Shown: piece after piece, positions 49,694 through 58,299 of the stretch
Layout of the letters: every line of letters begins with the position of its first letter
How positions within the stretch are numbered: the first letter of the stretch is position 1
Source of the DNA: an uncultured Rhodopirellula sp.
Lineage (GTDB): Bacteria > Planctomycetota > Planctomycetia > Pirellulales > Pirellulaceae
Direction: 5' to 3'
Assembly: GCA_964007735.1 (NCBI GenBank)
Contig: CAXGAI010000027.1
Coordinates: 1-58,519 of the forward strand
DNA length: 58,519 bases
Made by a program: the position numbers and the translations under genes
The notes under the pieces: generated by a model
Told to the model about the DNA's origin: nothing
Database searches by the model: none
Seen by the model: only the letters and a program-made list of their open reading frames with translations

Positions 49694-51000
49694 TAGGTAT
49701 AGCGGATCCCCTGATGCTCCGGCTCAAAGAAAATCGGAAGCAACGCGTCGGCATGCAGAAAACCTTTACGAGTCAATTCAATACGGTCTCCATCGATGGT
49801 AACCATGCCGTCGTCGATATGTTGTTGCCATTCTGCGGACCACTTCCCGGTAATCTCTACCTGGAATTTATTGCGGAAATAACCGGCATCCAGATATCCG
49901 CGTTTTAGTTGCAGAATCATCTCGCGAATTAGCTTTTGATTCTCCGTAGGGCGAAACGCTCGCCCCAGTGGCAGTTCATTATTATCCAGCAATGAACCAA
50001 TATAGTCCTTCCACTCGGGAAGATTTTGATAATGGATGCCGGAGGCATGACCAAAACTAGCAATTCCGGTCGCAAGCAGATCGGAGCCGGACCAAAGATT
50101 GTCTCGGTAACTGAAGCTAACCTTTTCAGGATTCTTGATCAACGTATAGGCACTGGAAATATGATAGCCGGCAGCCTGCAGTTCGTCGTAGGCATAATTG
50201 AGCCATGCTCGTTTAGTTTCCCAATCAGCCACCGGAGTTTCGATCTCATCGCCCAGAATGTCTTTGGAGTAAACGGTGTTGAAAGGAAGCTCCATCTGGT
50301 AGATGGTGACGCTTTCAGGATCTAACTCGATCGTCTTGCGAATGTTTTCTTTCCAATTGTCCCAGGTCTCGCCGACCATCCCTGAGATCAGGTCGATGTT
50401 GACGTTGTAGAAATCTGCAGCACGAATCCATTCCCATGAGCGATACACTTCCTTGGTTAAGTGAGCTCGCCCATTTTCTTCGAGGATTTTATCGCTGAAG
50501 TTTTCAATGCCCAGACTGAGGCGAGTGACCCCCAGTTCTTTGAGTGTTTTGACCTTGCCTTCCTGCAAAGTGCCGGGCTCACATTCGAACGTGACTTCTT
50601 CAGCCAAAGACCAGTCGATATTTTCCCGCAATCGGTCGACCAGACTGGTAAGTTGTTTTGCGCTGAGGTAAGACGGCGTACCACCCCCGAAGTAAACAAA
50701 CCGGAAAGGCCGCCCGCCCATGATCTGTTGTTTAGAAATTAACTCAATTTCACGCGATAACGCAGAGACATACAGCTCGATATCTTTAGCTTTGTTATCC
50801 GTAAAGACCTTGAAATAGCAAAACTTACAACGTTTTCTACAAAACGGAATATGCAGATACAAGCCGAGAGGCGTGGCTTCCAGAGGCGGATTTGAAAAGA
50901 CCTCTTTCACATCATCCAGCTGATTTTGCTCCCATTGCGAGAACGGAGGGTAGTTCGAGATGAAATAACTACCAACTTCTGTTTTCGTTGTATCAGCCAT
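49693..51000 (-). CDS. HemN-like radical SAM enzyme
   Basis: LYLHIPFCRKRCKFC, YFGGGTPS, GVTRLSLG, NIDLISG, HemN-like C-terminus (LTRKG.L.AD). Confidence 0.9.
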   Translation of the reverse strand: MADTTKTEVGSYFISNYPPFSQWEQNQLDDVKEVFSNPPLEATPLGLYLHIPFCRKRCKFCYFKVFTDNKAKDIELYVSALSREIELISKQQIMGGRPFRFVYFGGGTPSYLSAKQLTSLVDRLRENIDWSLAEEVTFECEPGTLQEGKVKTLKELGVTRLSLGIENFSDKILEENGRAHLTKEVYRSWEWIRAADFYNVNIDLISGMVGETWDNWKENIRKTIELDPESVTIYQMELPFNTVYSKDILGDEIETPVADWETKRAWLNYAYDELQAAGYHISSAYTLIKNPEKVSFSYRDNLWSGSDLLATGIASFGHASGIHYQNLPEWKDYIGSLLDNNELPLGRAFRPTENQKLIREMILQLKRGYLDAGYFRNKFQVEITGKWSAEWQQHIDDGMVTIDGDRIELTRKGFLHADALLPIFFEPEHQGIRYT

Positions 51001-51073
51001 GTGAGTGGTTTGTGCTTTCGAGTGGTTCAGAACGTATCTGTTTAGTATCGCTTATCAGTTTACAGGTACCTGC

Positions 51074-52237
51074 TTATTTTTTTCCAAAGCAATAAACTTT
51101 ACCGTCGTTACTGGCAATGACAAGTTTTTGCTGGGAGATAGCCGGTGAGCCTGTGAATCCACCTCCGGCTTCGTACTCCCAAACCTGTTTGCCAGTTTTG
51201 TATTCAAAAGCGGTAATACGTCCATTTGAACCAGCGACAAAAACCCGCTTACCAACCACTACAGGGGAAGCTTCCACTCGGCCGCGAATCTGCTTTTGCC
51301 AGATTTCCTTACCGTCCGATATTTGGAATGCCTGAACGAATCGATTTTGTCCGCCAATAATGACGATCCCATCATGAATCGCGACACTGGAACGATAGGG
51401 TAATGTACTTGCCTCATTTGTGTATTGCCAGTCGACTTTCGCTTCCTTGAAGTTAATAGAAAAGACGGAAGCTCCCTCCGTTCCGAAGTAAACATTATTA
51501 CCATGTACTGCCGGAGTCGAACCAGTTGGGCCGTCGAGTTCTACTTCCTTGATTTTTTCACCTTTAAGCAAGTCAATAATATGTAGCTTGGCATCACAAC
51601 CCGCAACAAAGGTCCTGTCTCCTACAACCGTCGGGGAACAGCGGATTTGATCAGCAATTTCGTGCTTCCAAACCAAGCCACCGTCCTTGGCTGCAAGACA
51701 ATACAGCGTGGCATCCTGAGAACCGACAAGTACATTGTCTTTATAGAAGTTGGCCGACGAATTTACTTCGGCACCCGTCTCATATTGCCATAGCAATTTC
51801 CCATCTTTGGCTTGAAAACAATAGAACACACCGTCGTAGTCACCCAGATAGATTCGTCCGTCGCGATAAGCAGGAGAGGATACAAATCCACTTTCAATCG
51901 TACTCTTCCAAACCTGCTTTCCATCCTTCAGATTTAAGGCGAACAATGCGCCATCAAGATCACCAACATAAACCACTCCGTCAACGATCGCCGGAGTGAC
52001 CTCAAAGGCCCCTTCCTTAACTTCGAATTCCCATAGCAGGTCAGGCTTTTCCGGAAGCAGACTTTTAGCGACTCCCTGACTTAAGGCATTACCTCGGAAA
52101 TACTCCCAGTTATCGATTTTGACAGTGGCAGGCTTTTCGGGAGCTTTATCTTGCGCGATGGTTTCTAACGAAAGACCATCGAGTAGTAAGATACAGGTCA
52201 TGGTGAAAACGAGAAGGCTTTTAGAAAGGCTATTCAT
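51074..52237 (-). CDS. Secreted PQQ-like/BamB-like beta-propeller protein
   Basis: Signal peptide, W..FRGN, repeated SSP/TPA...DG..Y...A.DG..W blades. Confidence 0.88.
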   Translation of the reverse strand: MNSLSKSLLVFTMTCILLLDGLSLETIAQDKAPEKPATVKIDNWEYFRGNALSQGVAKSLLPEKPDLLWEFEVKEGAFEVTPAIVDGVVYVGDLDGALFALNLKDGKQVWKSTIESGFVSSPAYRDGRIYLGDYDGVFYCFQAKDGKLLWQYETGAEVNSSANFYKDNVLVGSQDATLYCLAAKDGGLVWKHEIADQIRCSPTVVGDRTFVAGCDAKLHIIDLLKGEKIKEVELDGPTGSTPAVHGNNVYFGTEGASVFSINFKEAKVDWQYTNEASTLPYRSSVAIHDGIVIIGGQNRFVQAFQISDGKEIWQKQIRGRVEASPVVVGKRVFVAGSNGRITAFEYKTGKQVWEYEAGGGFTGSPAISQQKLVIASNDGKVYCFGKK

Positions 52238-52293
52238 AGTTTGATTCTCATTTTATGTCATTTCTCCACATGAGAAATCGTTGGCTGAATTGG

Positions 52294-53442
52294 CTAAAAC
52301 GCCTGTTGGTAGAGTGACAATAAGTCCTCAGTTTCTACTGTAAGAGGGTTAAATTGTTTTGTCCACTGTTTGTTAGCGTCCTCCGCCAACTGCGGCAATA
52401 GGCTCTGCTCAACATTTTGTGACCGCAGATCCCCTGCTAAGCCGGCCTTTCGTATCAGACCCGAAATGAAAGTAGCAAGTTGACCGGAGCTGGCTTCCGT
52501 TATTATAGGAGAATTTTCAGCTGCCAGTTCTGCCAGCAGTGTATAGTCGCTTTCCATTTTTTTAGCATTGAATCGAATAACATGCGGTAACATGGTGGCG
52601 ATCGCTTGACCGTGAACGATTCCATAATGAGCGGTGAGTGGATTTGCCAAAGCATGCGTAGCTCCGAGCATTGAATTCTCAATGGCAATTCCAGCCAGAC
52701 ACGCTCCCATTTGCATTCCCCCTCGAGATTCAAGATCTTCCGGGTTTTCCAGAACAAGAGGGAAGTTCTTGGCTAACAACTGCCAGGCACGCTGGCTGAA
52801 ATGCAGCGACTTCTCGTTGCGTTTTGTTGTGACCATTGTTTCGACGGCATGAGCGATGGCATCAATACCGGTCAAAGCTGTTAAGCGATTAGGTTGAGTA
52901 ACCGTTAAGACTGGATCCAGAATTGCCAGACGGCAGGTCGCTTTTTGATCGCCACAAGCCATTTTGACATGAGTTTCAGCGTCAGAGATCAGGGCAAACG
53001 ATTGGGTTTCGCTTCCGGTGCCAGCTGTTGTTGGGATCGCGACCATCGGAAGCATCGGTTTTTTGGCTTTGCCAATTCCCCAGTAATCCTGAATAGCTCC
53101 GCCGTTGGTGTAGACGAAGTTCATTCCTTTTGCACAGTCCATGGAACTGCCGCCACCTAAACCGATGAGAAGATCAGGTTGCCATTGGTTGGCCGCTTCG
53201 ACACCATGAATGACATCGTCCGACGACGGGTTTTCACGGACACCGGTATAAAGTATGGCATCTATTCCCTGTGTTTTTAGCAGATCGATCGCTTTTTCAG
53301 GGTAACCTAACGCAACGATTCCCGGGTCACTCACGATCATGGCGCGGTGACAGCCCCAGTTGCTTATCGTTTTACCCAATTGTTCAAACGTGTGAGCGCC
53401 GAACAATATCTTGGTTGGGCAATCCAGATCTAGGAAATCCAT
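52294..53442 (-). CDS. Iron-containing alcohol dehydrogenase
   Basis: ENP, GLGGGSSMDCAK, PTTAGTGSE, DAIAHAVE, HALAN...HG; ATG 53442 used (ORF track 53472). Confidence 0.93.
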   Translation of the reverse strand: MDFLDLDCPTKILFGAHTFEQLGKTISNWGCHRAMIVSDPGIVALGYPEKAIDLLKTQGIDAILYTGVRENPSSDDVIHGVEAANQWQPDLLIGLGGGSSMDCAKGMNFVYTNGGAIQDYWGIGKAKKPMLPMVAIPTTAGTGSETQSFALISDAETHVKMACGDQKATCRLAILDPVLTVTQPNRLTALTGIDAIAHAVETMVTTKRNEKSLHFSQRAWQLLAKNFPLVLENPEDLESRGGMQMGACLAGIAIENSMLGATHALANPLTAHYGIVHGQAIATMLPHVIRFNAKKMESDYTLLAELAAENSPIITEASSGQLATFISGLIRKAGLAGDLRSQNVEQSLLPQLAEDANKQWTKQFNPLTVETEDLLSLYQQAF

Positions 53443-53554
53443 GACAGGTGTCTCTTGGTAAAAGCCCAACACACCACTGCGACATGTCGGGCTCTTTCAA
53501 TTTTGTTTGCATGGCTTATCTACCTAAGCAAACATTGGCTTGGTGGGGGAGTAA

Positions 53555-54985
53555 CTACAGTAACTCTTCAGGCACCTGAAACGCTCGGTTGCGGAACAGG
53601 AAGTCGATAATGTTACCCTCGTGAGGCTGTAGCCAGTTAAGCTTGGTAGTAGGGACAGGGCCAAGGTTGAGCCGGTCAATTTCTGTGCAGTCAATTAACT
53701 GATTGCGTAAGGACTCGTTATTCGTGATACCGGTACAAACCAGAGTTTCACCGATGGTGCCGAGCATCTTGTCCTCAGGGCATTCGACGACGCTCGCAAA
53801 CGGGAACATATATTCCTTTTGAGCGATCGCGTTTTCGGGACTCTTGCAGTGGACAATTGTCGGTCGGATGTATCCACAAAGTTCTTTTTCGATCAAACGA
53901 TCTCCGTATTGTCCGGTGACATGGGTGACTCCATCTTCGTCGAGATCATCTTTAATAGAATCCCAAATTGCAGTTGCCATGCCATCAATCGTAAAGGCGG
54001 CCAGACCGGCCTTCGGATCGGTTGGCGGAAGTGCTTCGATGGGACCTAGCTTTTCGGCCAGAGCCTGGGCGATTTCCTCGGTATGCCTTGATGCCCAGAT
54101 ACTGGAAGTATTGATACAACCACGACCGCCATTGATGTAAATACTTTCAACAATTAGGTCGATGTACTCTTCCCAGTTATCGACACAGTCGTCACCAATT
54201 AGGATTTTGGAGAAACCCGGACCGTGAGCTTGAACCTGCGGGTTGCCTTTATAGTTATCGACGGTTTGCTTGCTACCAAAGATCATAGACCGTTTGCATT
54301 TGCTTAACACCGCTGATCCGATCTCAGCTCCGCTTCCGGGATATAAACACCAGATCTCTTTTGGGATCCCGGCTGCTACCATTGCGGCAAACATACGATA
54401 AGGCGTCCAGGGTTCTTTTTGCCCCGGCTTGAGAACCAAGCCGATTTGAAGGGGGACAGCGGGAAGCCAAAGCGTGTGAACACCAGGAGAATTAGATGGT
54501 AGTACCGCGGCTAAAATTGGAGTTTGGCACTGGTAGCTGACGGGGATGCCACGAGCTTCCTTTCCCCAGCCGCTGCTGAGGATATCCAGTGGCAATCCAC
54601 GGGTCAAAGCATCGATGATGCGCCCCATGTTATTCATTACGAAGGCGTTCTTGGACATGCCAAGTTCCACCATGTGTTCAGGCAGCCCCGTGGTGGCCGA
54701 CTGCTGGACGATGAAGTCCTGAGGCGTTTGCTCTGAATCACCAATCGACAGGTTTCCGTTGACGAATAAGTCACCTGCCTTTCCCATTTTTTCAACAAGC
54801 TCCTCGATTGAGAATTGCTTAAGGATATCCCGGGCCTGCTGAGCTTTTCGCATGTCACGGGTGATCAGCCCGCCATTTGCCATGCTTTGCGTGCCGATGA
54901 TATCTCCGGTTGCATGATGTACCAGTTCCTGCGTTTCCAGGGATTCGTATTCTTCGCCCCAGCGAATAACGGGAATGTTAACCAC
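53555..54985 (-). CDS. ALDH-superfamily protein, probable acyl reductase (GriD/EhpG/LuxC-like)
   Basis: PSNSPG, LKPG..EP, FGS, HGPGFSK in place of ELGGK, catalytic Cys in GGRGCINTS, EYMFP. Confidence 0.8.
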   Translation of the reverse strand: MVNIPVIRWGEEYESLETQELVHHATGDIIGTQSMANGGLITRDMRKAQQARDILKQFSIEELVEKMGKAGDLFVNGNLSIGDSEQTPQDFIVQQSATTGLPEHMVELGMSKNAFVMNNMGRIIDALTRGLPLDILSSGWGKEARGIPVSYQCQTPILAAVLPSNSPGVHTLWLPAVPLQIGLVLKPGQKEPWTPYRMFAAMVAAGIPKEIWCLYPGSGAEIGSAVLSKCKRSMIFGSKQTVDNYKGNPQVQAHGPGFSKILIGDDCVDNWEEYIDLIVESIYINGGRGCINTSSIWASRHTEEIAQALAEKLGPIEALPPTDPKAGLAAFTIDGMATAIWDSIKDDLDEDGVTHVTGQYGDRLIEKELCGYIRPTIVHCKSPENAIAQKEYMFPFASVVECPEDKMLGTIGETLVCTGITNNESLRNQLIDCTEIDRLNLGPVPTTKLNWLQPHEGNIIDFLFRNRAFQVPEELL

Positions 54986-55048
54986 GGTTTTCTCCTCTTT
55001 GCCTTCTAGTTATTTTCTTTGTGTGGAGCAGTCAATCGTTCAGGGCGA

Positions 55049-56161
55049 TTAGTAAACGCCCACGGTTGTGCTCTTGGCGAACACGTGATACGGACGAACA
55101 CCGGAGACCCCATCCCACGGATACATCTCGTGTGGTTCTTCACGTTCTGCTTCGTCACGCTCCAGGAAGCCGGGGATGAAGAGTTCCCGGGTTAAGGTCG
55201 TTAGTTTGACGCGTCCAGTTTCTCCGTAACCAACTAACTCATTCGGATCATCAAATGACACAACTTCGGTTGCAGCTCGTGGTTGCGGGGCGTGATAAGT
55301 GATTTTGTATTTATTTTCTTTCGTGACAGGTTCGCTACAAGCTAATCCCATGAGCGTGTTACCGTACGTCGGAGTCATATAGACGCCGCTCTCTTCCGGT
55401 GGTCCACCAAAGAGTTCTTCGACGCAGTATCGAGTCCACTGGGGAGTGAATTCAGTCCCGCCCGAGAAGATACCGGTGATACCGATTTCAGGAAGACTGG
55501 TTCCACGTTCCTCCAACGCAGTCGCAAGTTGGTCAAGCAGCTTAGGAGTGGCGAACATGCATTTAATGTCATGACCAGCAGTTAACACGGTGATCGCCTG
55601 ATCGATACAGTGCTTTTTGTATTCTTCCAGGTGATCCATCCAGCCTTTTTTAATGACCTTTACGACCCAACGTGGGTCAAGGTCAATGCAGAAGCAGATA
55701 CCACCACGGTGCTGGCATAGGTGTTCGACTGCTAATCGTAAACGGCGCGGTCCCGACGGCCCAAGCATCAGCCAGTTGGCACCCTTCGGAAAGTACTTAT
55801 CCGGCAACGTTTCGCTGAACATCTCGTAATCCAGCCGGTGATCTTCTATCACAACACGACTTTTCGGAATGCCGGTTGTTCCACCCGTTTCAAAAACAAA
55901 GGTGGGTTGGCCTTCAAGACCTTTTGGAATCCAACGATTAACCGGTCCGCCGCGGAGCCATTCATCTTCGAAAAGCGGGAATTTTTTCAGGTCATCGAAG
56001 CCTTTAACTTCTGTAAGAGGGTCAAAGTTTAGCTCTGCTTTCTTCCCAAGCCAGAAGGGACTTCCTGTGGATTCATGGAAGTGCCATTGCACGATTTCGT
56101 GCGTGTGGGCATCTAGTTTTGATTTGGCATCGGAGACAGACTGATCAAGATTATCGCTCAT
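55049..56161 (-). CDS. Truncated ANL-fold adenylating enzyme (EhpF/GriC/LuxE-like)
   Basis: WHF..STGSPFW, P-loop ETGGTTGIPK, IDLDPRWV, GGT, YGNTL, GRV.LT, ERD; 370 aa, shorter than full acyl-CoA ligases. Confidence 0.8.
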   Translation of the reverse strand: MSDNLDQSVSDAKSKLDAHTHEIVQWHFHESTGSPFWLGKKAELNFDPLTEVKGFDDLKKFPLFEDEWLRGGPVNRWIPKGLEGQPTFVFETGGTTGIPKSRVVIEDHRLDYEMFSETLPDKYFPKGANWLMLGPSGPRRLRLAVEHLCQHRGGICFCIDLDPRWVVKVIKKGWMDHLEEYKKHCIDQAITVLTAGHDIKCMFATPKLLDQLATALEERGTSLPEIGITGIFSGGTEFTPQWTRYCVEELFGGPPEESGVYMTPTYGNTLMGLACSEPVTKENKYKITYHAPQPRAATEVVSFDDPNELVGYGETGRVKLTTLTRELFIPGFLERDEAEREEPHEMYPWDGVSGVRPYHVFAKSTTVGVY

Positions 56162-56439
56162 TGATTGTTCCAGTATAAGCGTTTTGATTTTCAGGTAAAA
56201 TTTCAGTGTTTAGTGGTTCTAGTGTTACTTGCTTTGCCTAACTGTCCACTCCACAATCTTCCAAAATATCCTAGAATAGAGCGGTATTCAAGGAGACTGG
56301 AATTAGATTCAGTGCCACGAAGGATAGGCTAGACGGATATATCATAATTTGTTCAAAAGTTCGCTTAATTGAAGTTGAGTAATTTACGACTACTAGCGAA
56401 AATAGAAGGTGTCCCCCAGTAGTTTCGAGGTTGCTTACC

Positions 56440-56907
56440 ATGGCTGACGACTCCAATAAACAACTCCAGTCGATGTTTAGTAGCATTGATGTCACCGCAT
56501 CCACCGCGAGTAGCGATGCCAAATCTGCATCGGAAGGCCAGGACAACACTCTTTTTGTGGCACTGCTTCGACGCATGATCGCGCAGCAGGACAAAACGAA
56601 TGACCTGTTGCAGGAATTGATTCAGCAGAGTCGTATTCAACAACAGGCACGCCAAACCGAACTGGAACGATGGAAACAGTCGAATCCGGAACTCGCCCGC
56701 AGTTGTCGTGACGCAGTGGATGTGTTGAGTGATGTGCAAAACGAATTCCTCCAATCGCTCACCAATGAAGTGGATGAGAACGAGTATTCGCTTCGGGACA
56801 GTGATTATATGTTGCAGGAATTTGTTGATCGCTATGGTCCCCGTCTGGCACACCTCAACGGCGTCCTGCAGGTGTTGTCGCAGTTGGCAGAAAAAGACTC
56901 GTCTTAA
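56440..56907 (+). CDS. Hypothetical helical protein
   Basis: Clean ORF with RBS GAGG; coiled-coil-like, EFVDRYGPRLAHLNG motif; divergent from the adenylase gene. Confidence 0.75.
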   Translation: MADDSNKQLQSMFSSIDVTASTASSDAKSASEGQDNTLFVALLRRMIAQQDKTNDLLQELIQQSRIQQQARQTELERWKQSNPELARSCRDAVDVLSDVQNEFLQSLTNEVDENEYSLRDSDYMLQEFVDRYGPRLAHLNGVLQVLSQLAEKDSS

Positions 56908-56967
56908 CGTCGTCTACCCACATGAAAGCAATGTGGAACTGAAACGTAGGAAAGCTACTAGTCGTCT

Positions 56968-57828
56968 ATGCTTGTCGAATTAGTCAAAGTTCAAACAAGG
57001 GATGGAGTTCGGCTTGATGGTGCGCTGAGCGCGACAGCGGGTTCTCTTGCTGAAACGCTGGTGATTCTTCTTCATGGGGTAGGTGGAAATTTTTATGGCA
57101 GTCGTATGATGGCCGAATTAGTGACAGCGATTACTGATACGAAAATTGATTGCCTGAGAGTTAATACACGAGGACATGATTACTGCTACACCGGTATGAG
57201 TCGGATGGGAATACGCAGGCTCGGTGCAGGTTACGAGCGTATTGAACAGTGTATTCAGGATATTGACGCCTGGATGGAATGGGCAGCTTCGAGGTATGGA
57301 AAGGTCATTCTGTTAGGGCATAGCTTGGGAGCTCTGAAGGCAGTTTACTATCAGCGTTACCAATGCCATCACGCACTGAAAAAGGTGATTGCTATTTCTC
57401 CACCCCGACTATCTTACAAGGCTTTTATGGAGGGTGAACGTAGAGCGGAATTTCTTCAGTCGATTGAAAATTCGCGAACAGCTATAAGGGAAGGTGAACC
57501 TGAGCGTTTAGTCGATGTCAGTGTTCCTTTTCCGCTTTTAATCACAGCTGAATCGTACTTGGATAAGTACGGGGAACAGGAAAAGTATAATCTGGAGCCC
57601 ATGATTGCCGGACTTTCCCTGCCGACAGATTTTATTTTTGGTGGGCACGAACTGAAACATAGTGGAGTCGTATTCGCAGGCTTGGATAGCTCGCTGCGAG
57701 CTATTGCCGTCGATGCAGGACTCGAAGAGCAGATTACTGTTCGAGTGATTGAGGAGGCTGATCACATGTATTCGCAAAAAGTACCTCATCTAGCTGCTGC
57801 TGTGCTCCCCTTGATTCACGAATACTGA
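56968..57828 (+). CDS. Alpha/beta-fold hydrolase
   Basis: T.DG..LDG, LHG.GGNFY, NTRGHD, nucleophile elbow GHSLG, ADH near the C-terminus. Confidence 0.9.
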   Translation: MLVELVKVQTRDGVRLDGALSATAGSLAETLVILLHGVGGNFYGSRMMAELVTAITDTKIDCLRVNTRGHDYCYTGMSRMGIRRLGAGYERIEQCIQDIDAWMEWAASRYGKVILLGHSLGALKAVYYQRYQCHHALKKVIAISPPRLSYKAFMEGERRAEFLQSIENSRTAIREGEPERLVDVSVPFPLLITAESYLDKYGEQEKYNLEPMIAGLSLPTDFIFGGHELKHSGVVFAGLDSSLRAIAVDAGLEEQITVRVIEEADHMYSQKVPHLAAAVLPLIHEY

Positions 57829-57838
57829 ATCAAGGGGA
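57806..57838. repeat. Perfect 13-bp inverted repeat overlapping the hydrolase stop codon
   Basis: tccccttgattca-cgaatac-tgaatcaagggga; no clear T tract on either side. Confidence 0.85.
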
Positions 57839-57873
57839 TTGAACTCCCCCACGATTTCATCTTTGAAAGATTA

Positions 57874-57963
57874 TCCTGCGATTACAGCTTTTGCGTCGCC
57901 TCTCTCAATTGTACGAGCCGCTGTGCCAATTGCATGATTCGAAGATGTACATGCCGATACCGA
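57874..57963 (-). pseudogene. Isolated 30-codon fragment of a beta-ketoacyl-ACP synthase (FabF-like active site)
   Basis: Manual translation SVSACTSSNHAIGTAARTIERGDAKAVIAG then TAA (57873-57871); resembles the KAS signature (T/S)AC....HAIG.A.R.I..GDA....AGG. Confidence 0.75.
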
Positions 57964-58207
57964 GCAGGCTGCGGTAGTGAACATTATCGCTGCACACGCC
58001 CGATCGGATGCAGAGACCGTTCATGCCTTTGTGACTACTATGTTGAATAGCTTGGACGAGCTGGCGGAAATCAATCCGCTATTCCTCGGATTGGGAGATG
58101 TCTTTGACCGCTTGAAGAGCGTTGGCGCATCCTCTCTAGAATTTGGGGGAACGGCGCTTCATCCCGGCGCTATCCAAGCGTACAGGGATGCAGGATACCT
58201 GTCCTGA
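57956..58207 (+). pseudogene. C-terminal fragment of a TAXI-type TRAP solute-binding protein
   Basis: ...QAAVVNIIAAH...LHPGAIQAYRDAGYLS matches TAXI C-termini. In-frame stop at 57935, so the N-terminal part is absent. Confidence 0.7.
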
Positions 58208-58299
58208 TTGTTGGTGTCGCTGGTCGAATACAAACTAGGCAGGACCGTCCAGCGGGACTATTGTCCTTCGACTTTTGACTTTCCAGACAGGAGCTATCA

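Noticed and set aside
49693..51000. Naming the radical SAM gene hemN or hemW
   Set aside because: It lacks the HemN N-terminal motif and has no heme-pathway context; only the family can be supported.
53555..56161. Bioluminescence (lux) or phenazine biosynthesis cluster
   Set aside because: No luxAB-like or phzA-G-like genes in the window; only the acid-reduction module is similar.
57977..58207. Intact 76-aa small gene
   Set aside because: It corresponds only to the C-terminus of a TAXI binding protein and lies at a suspected junction.
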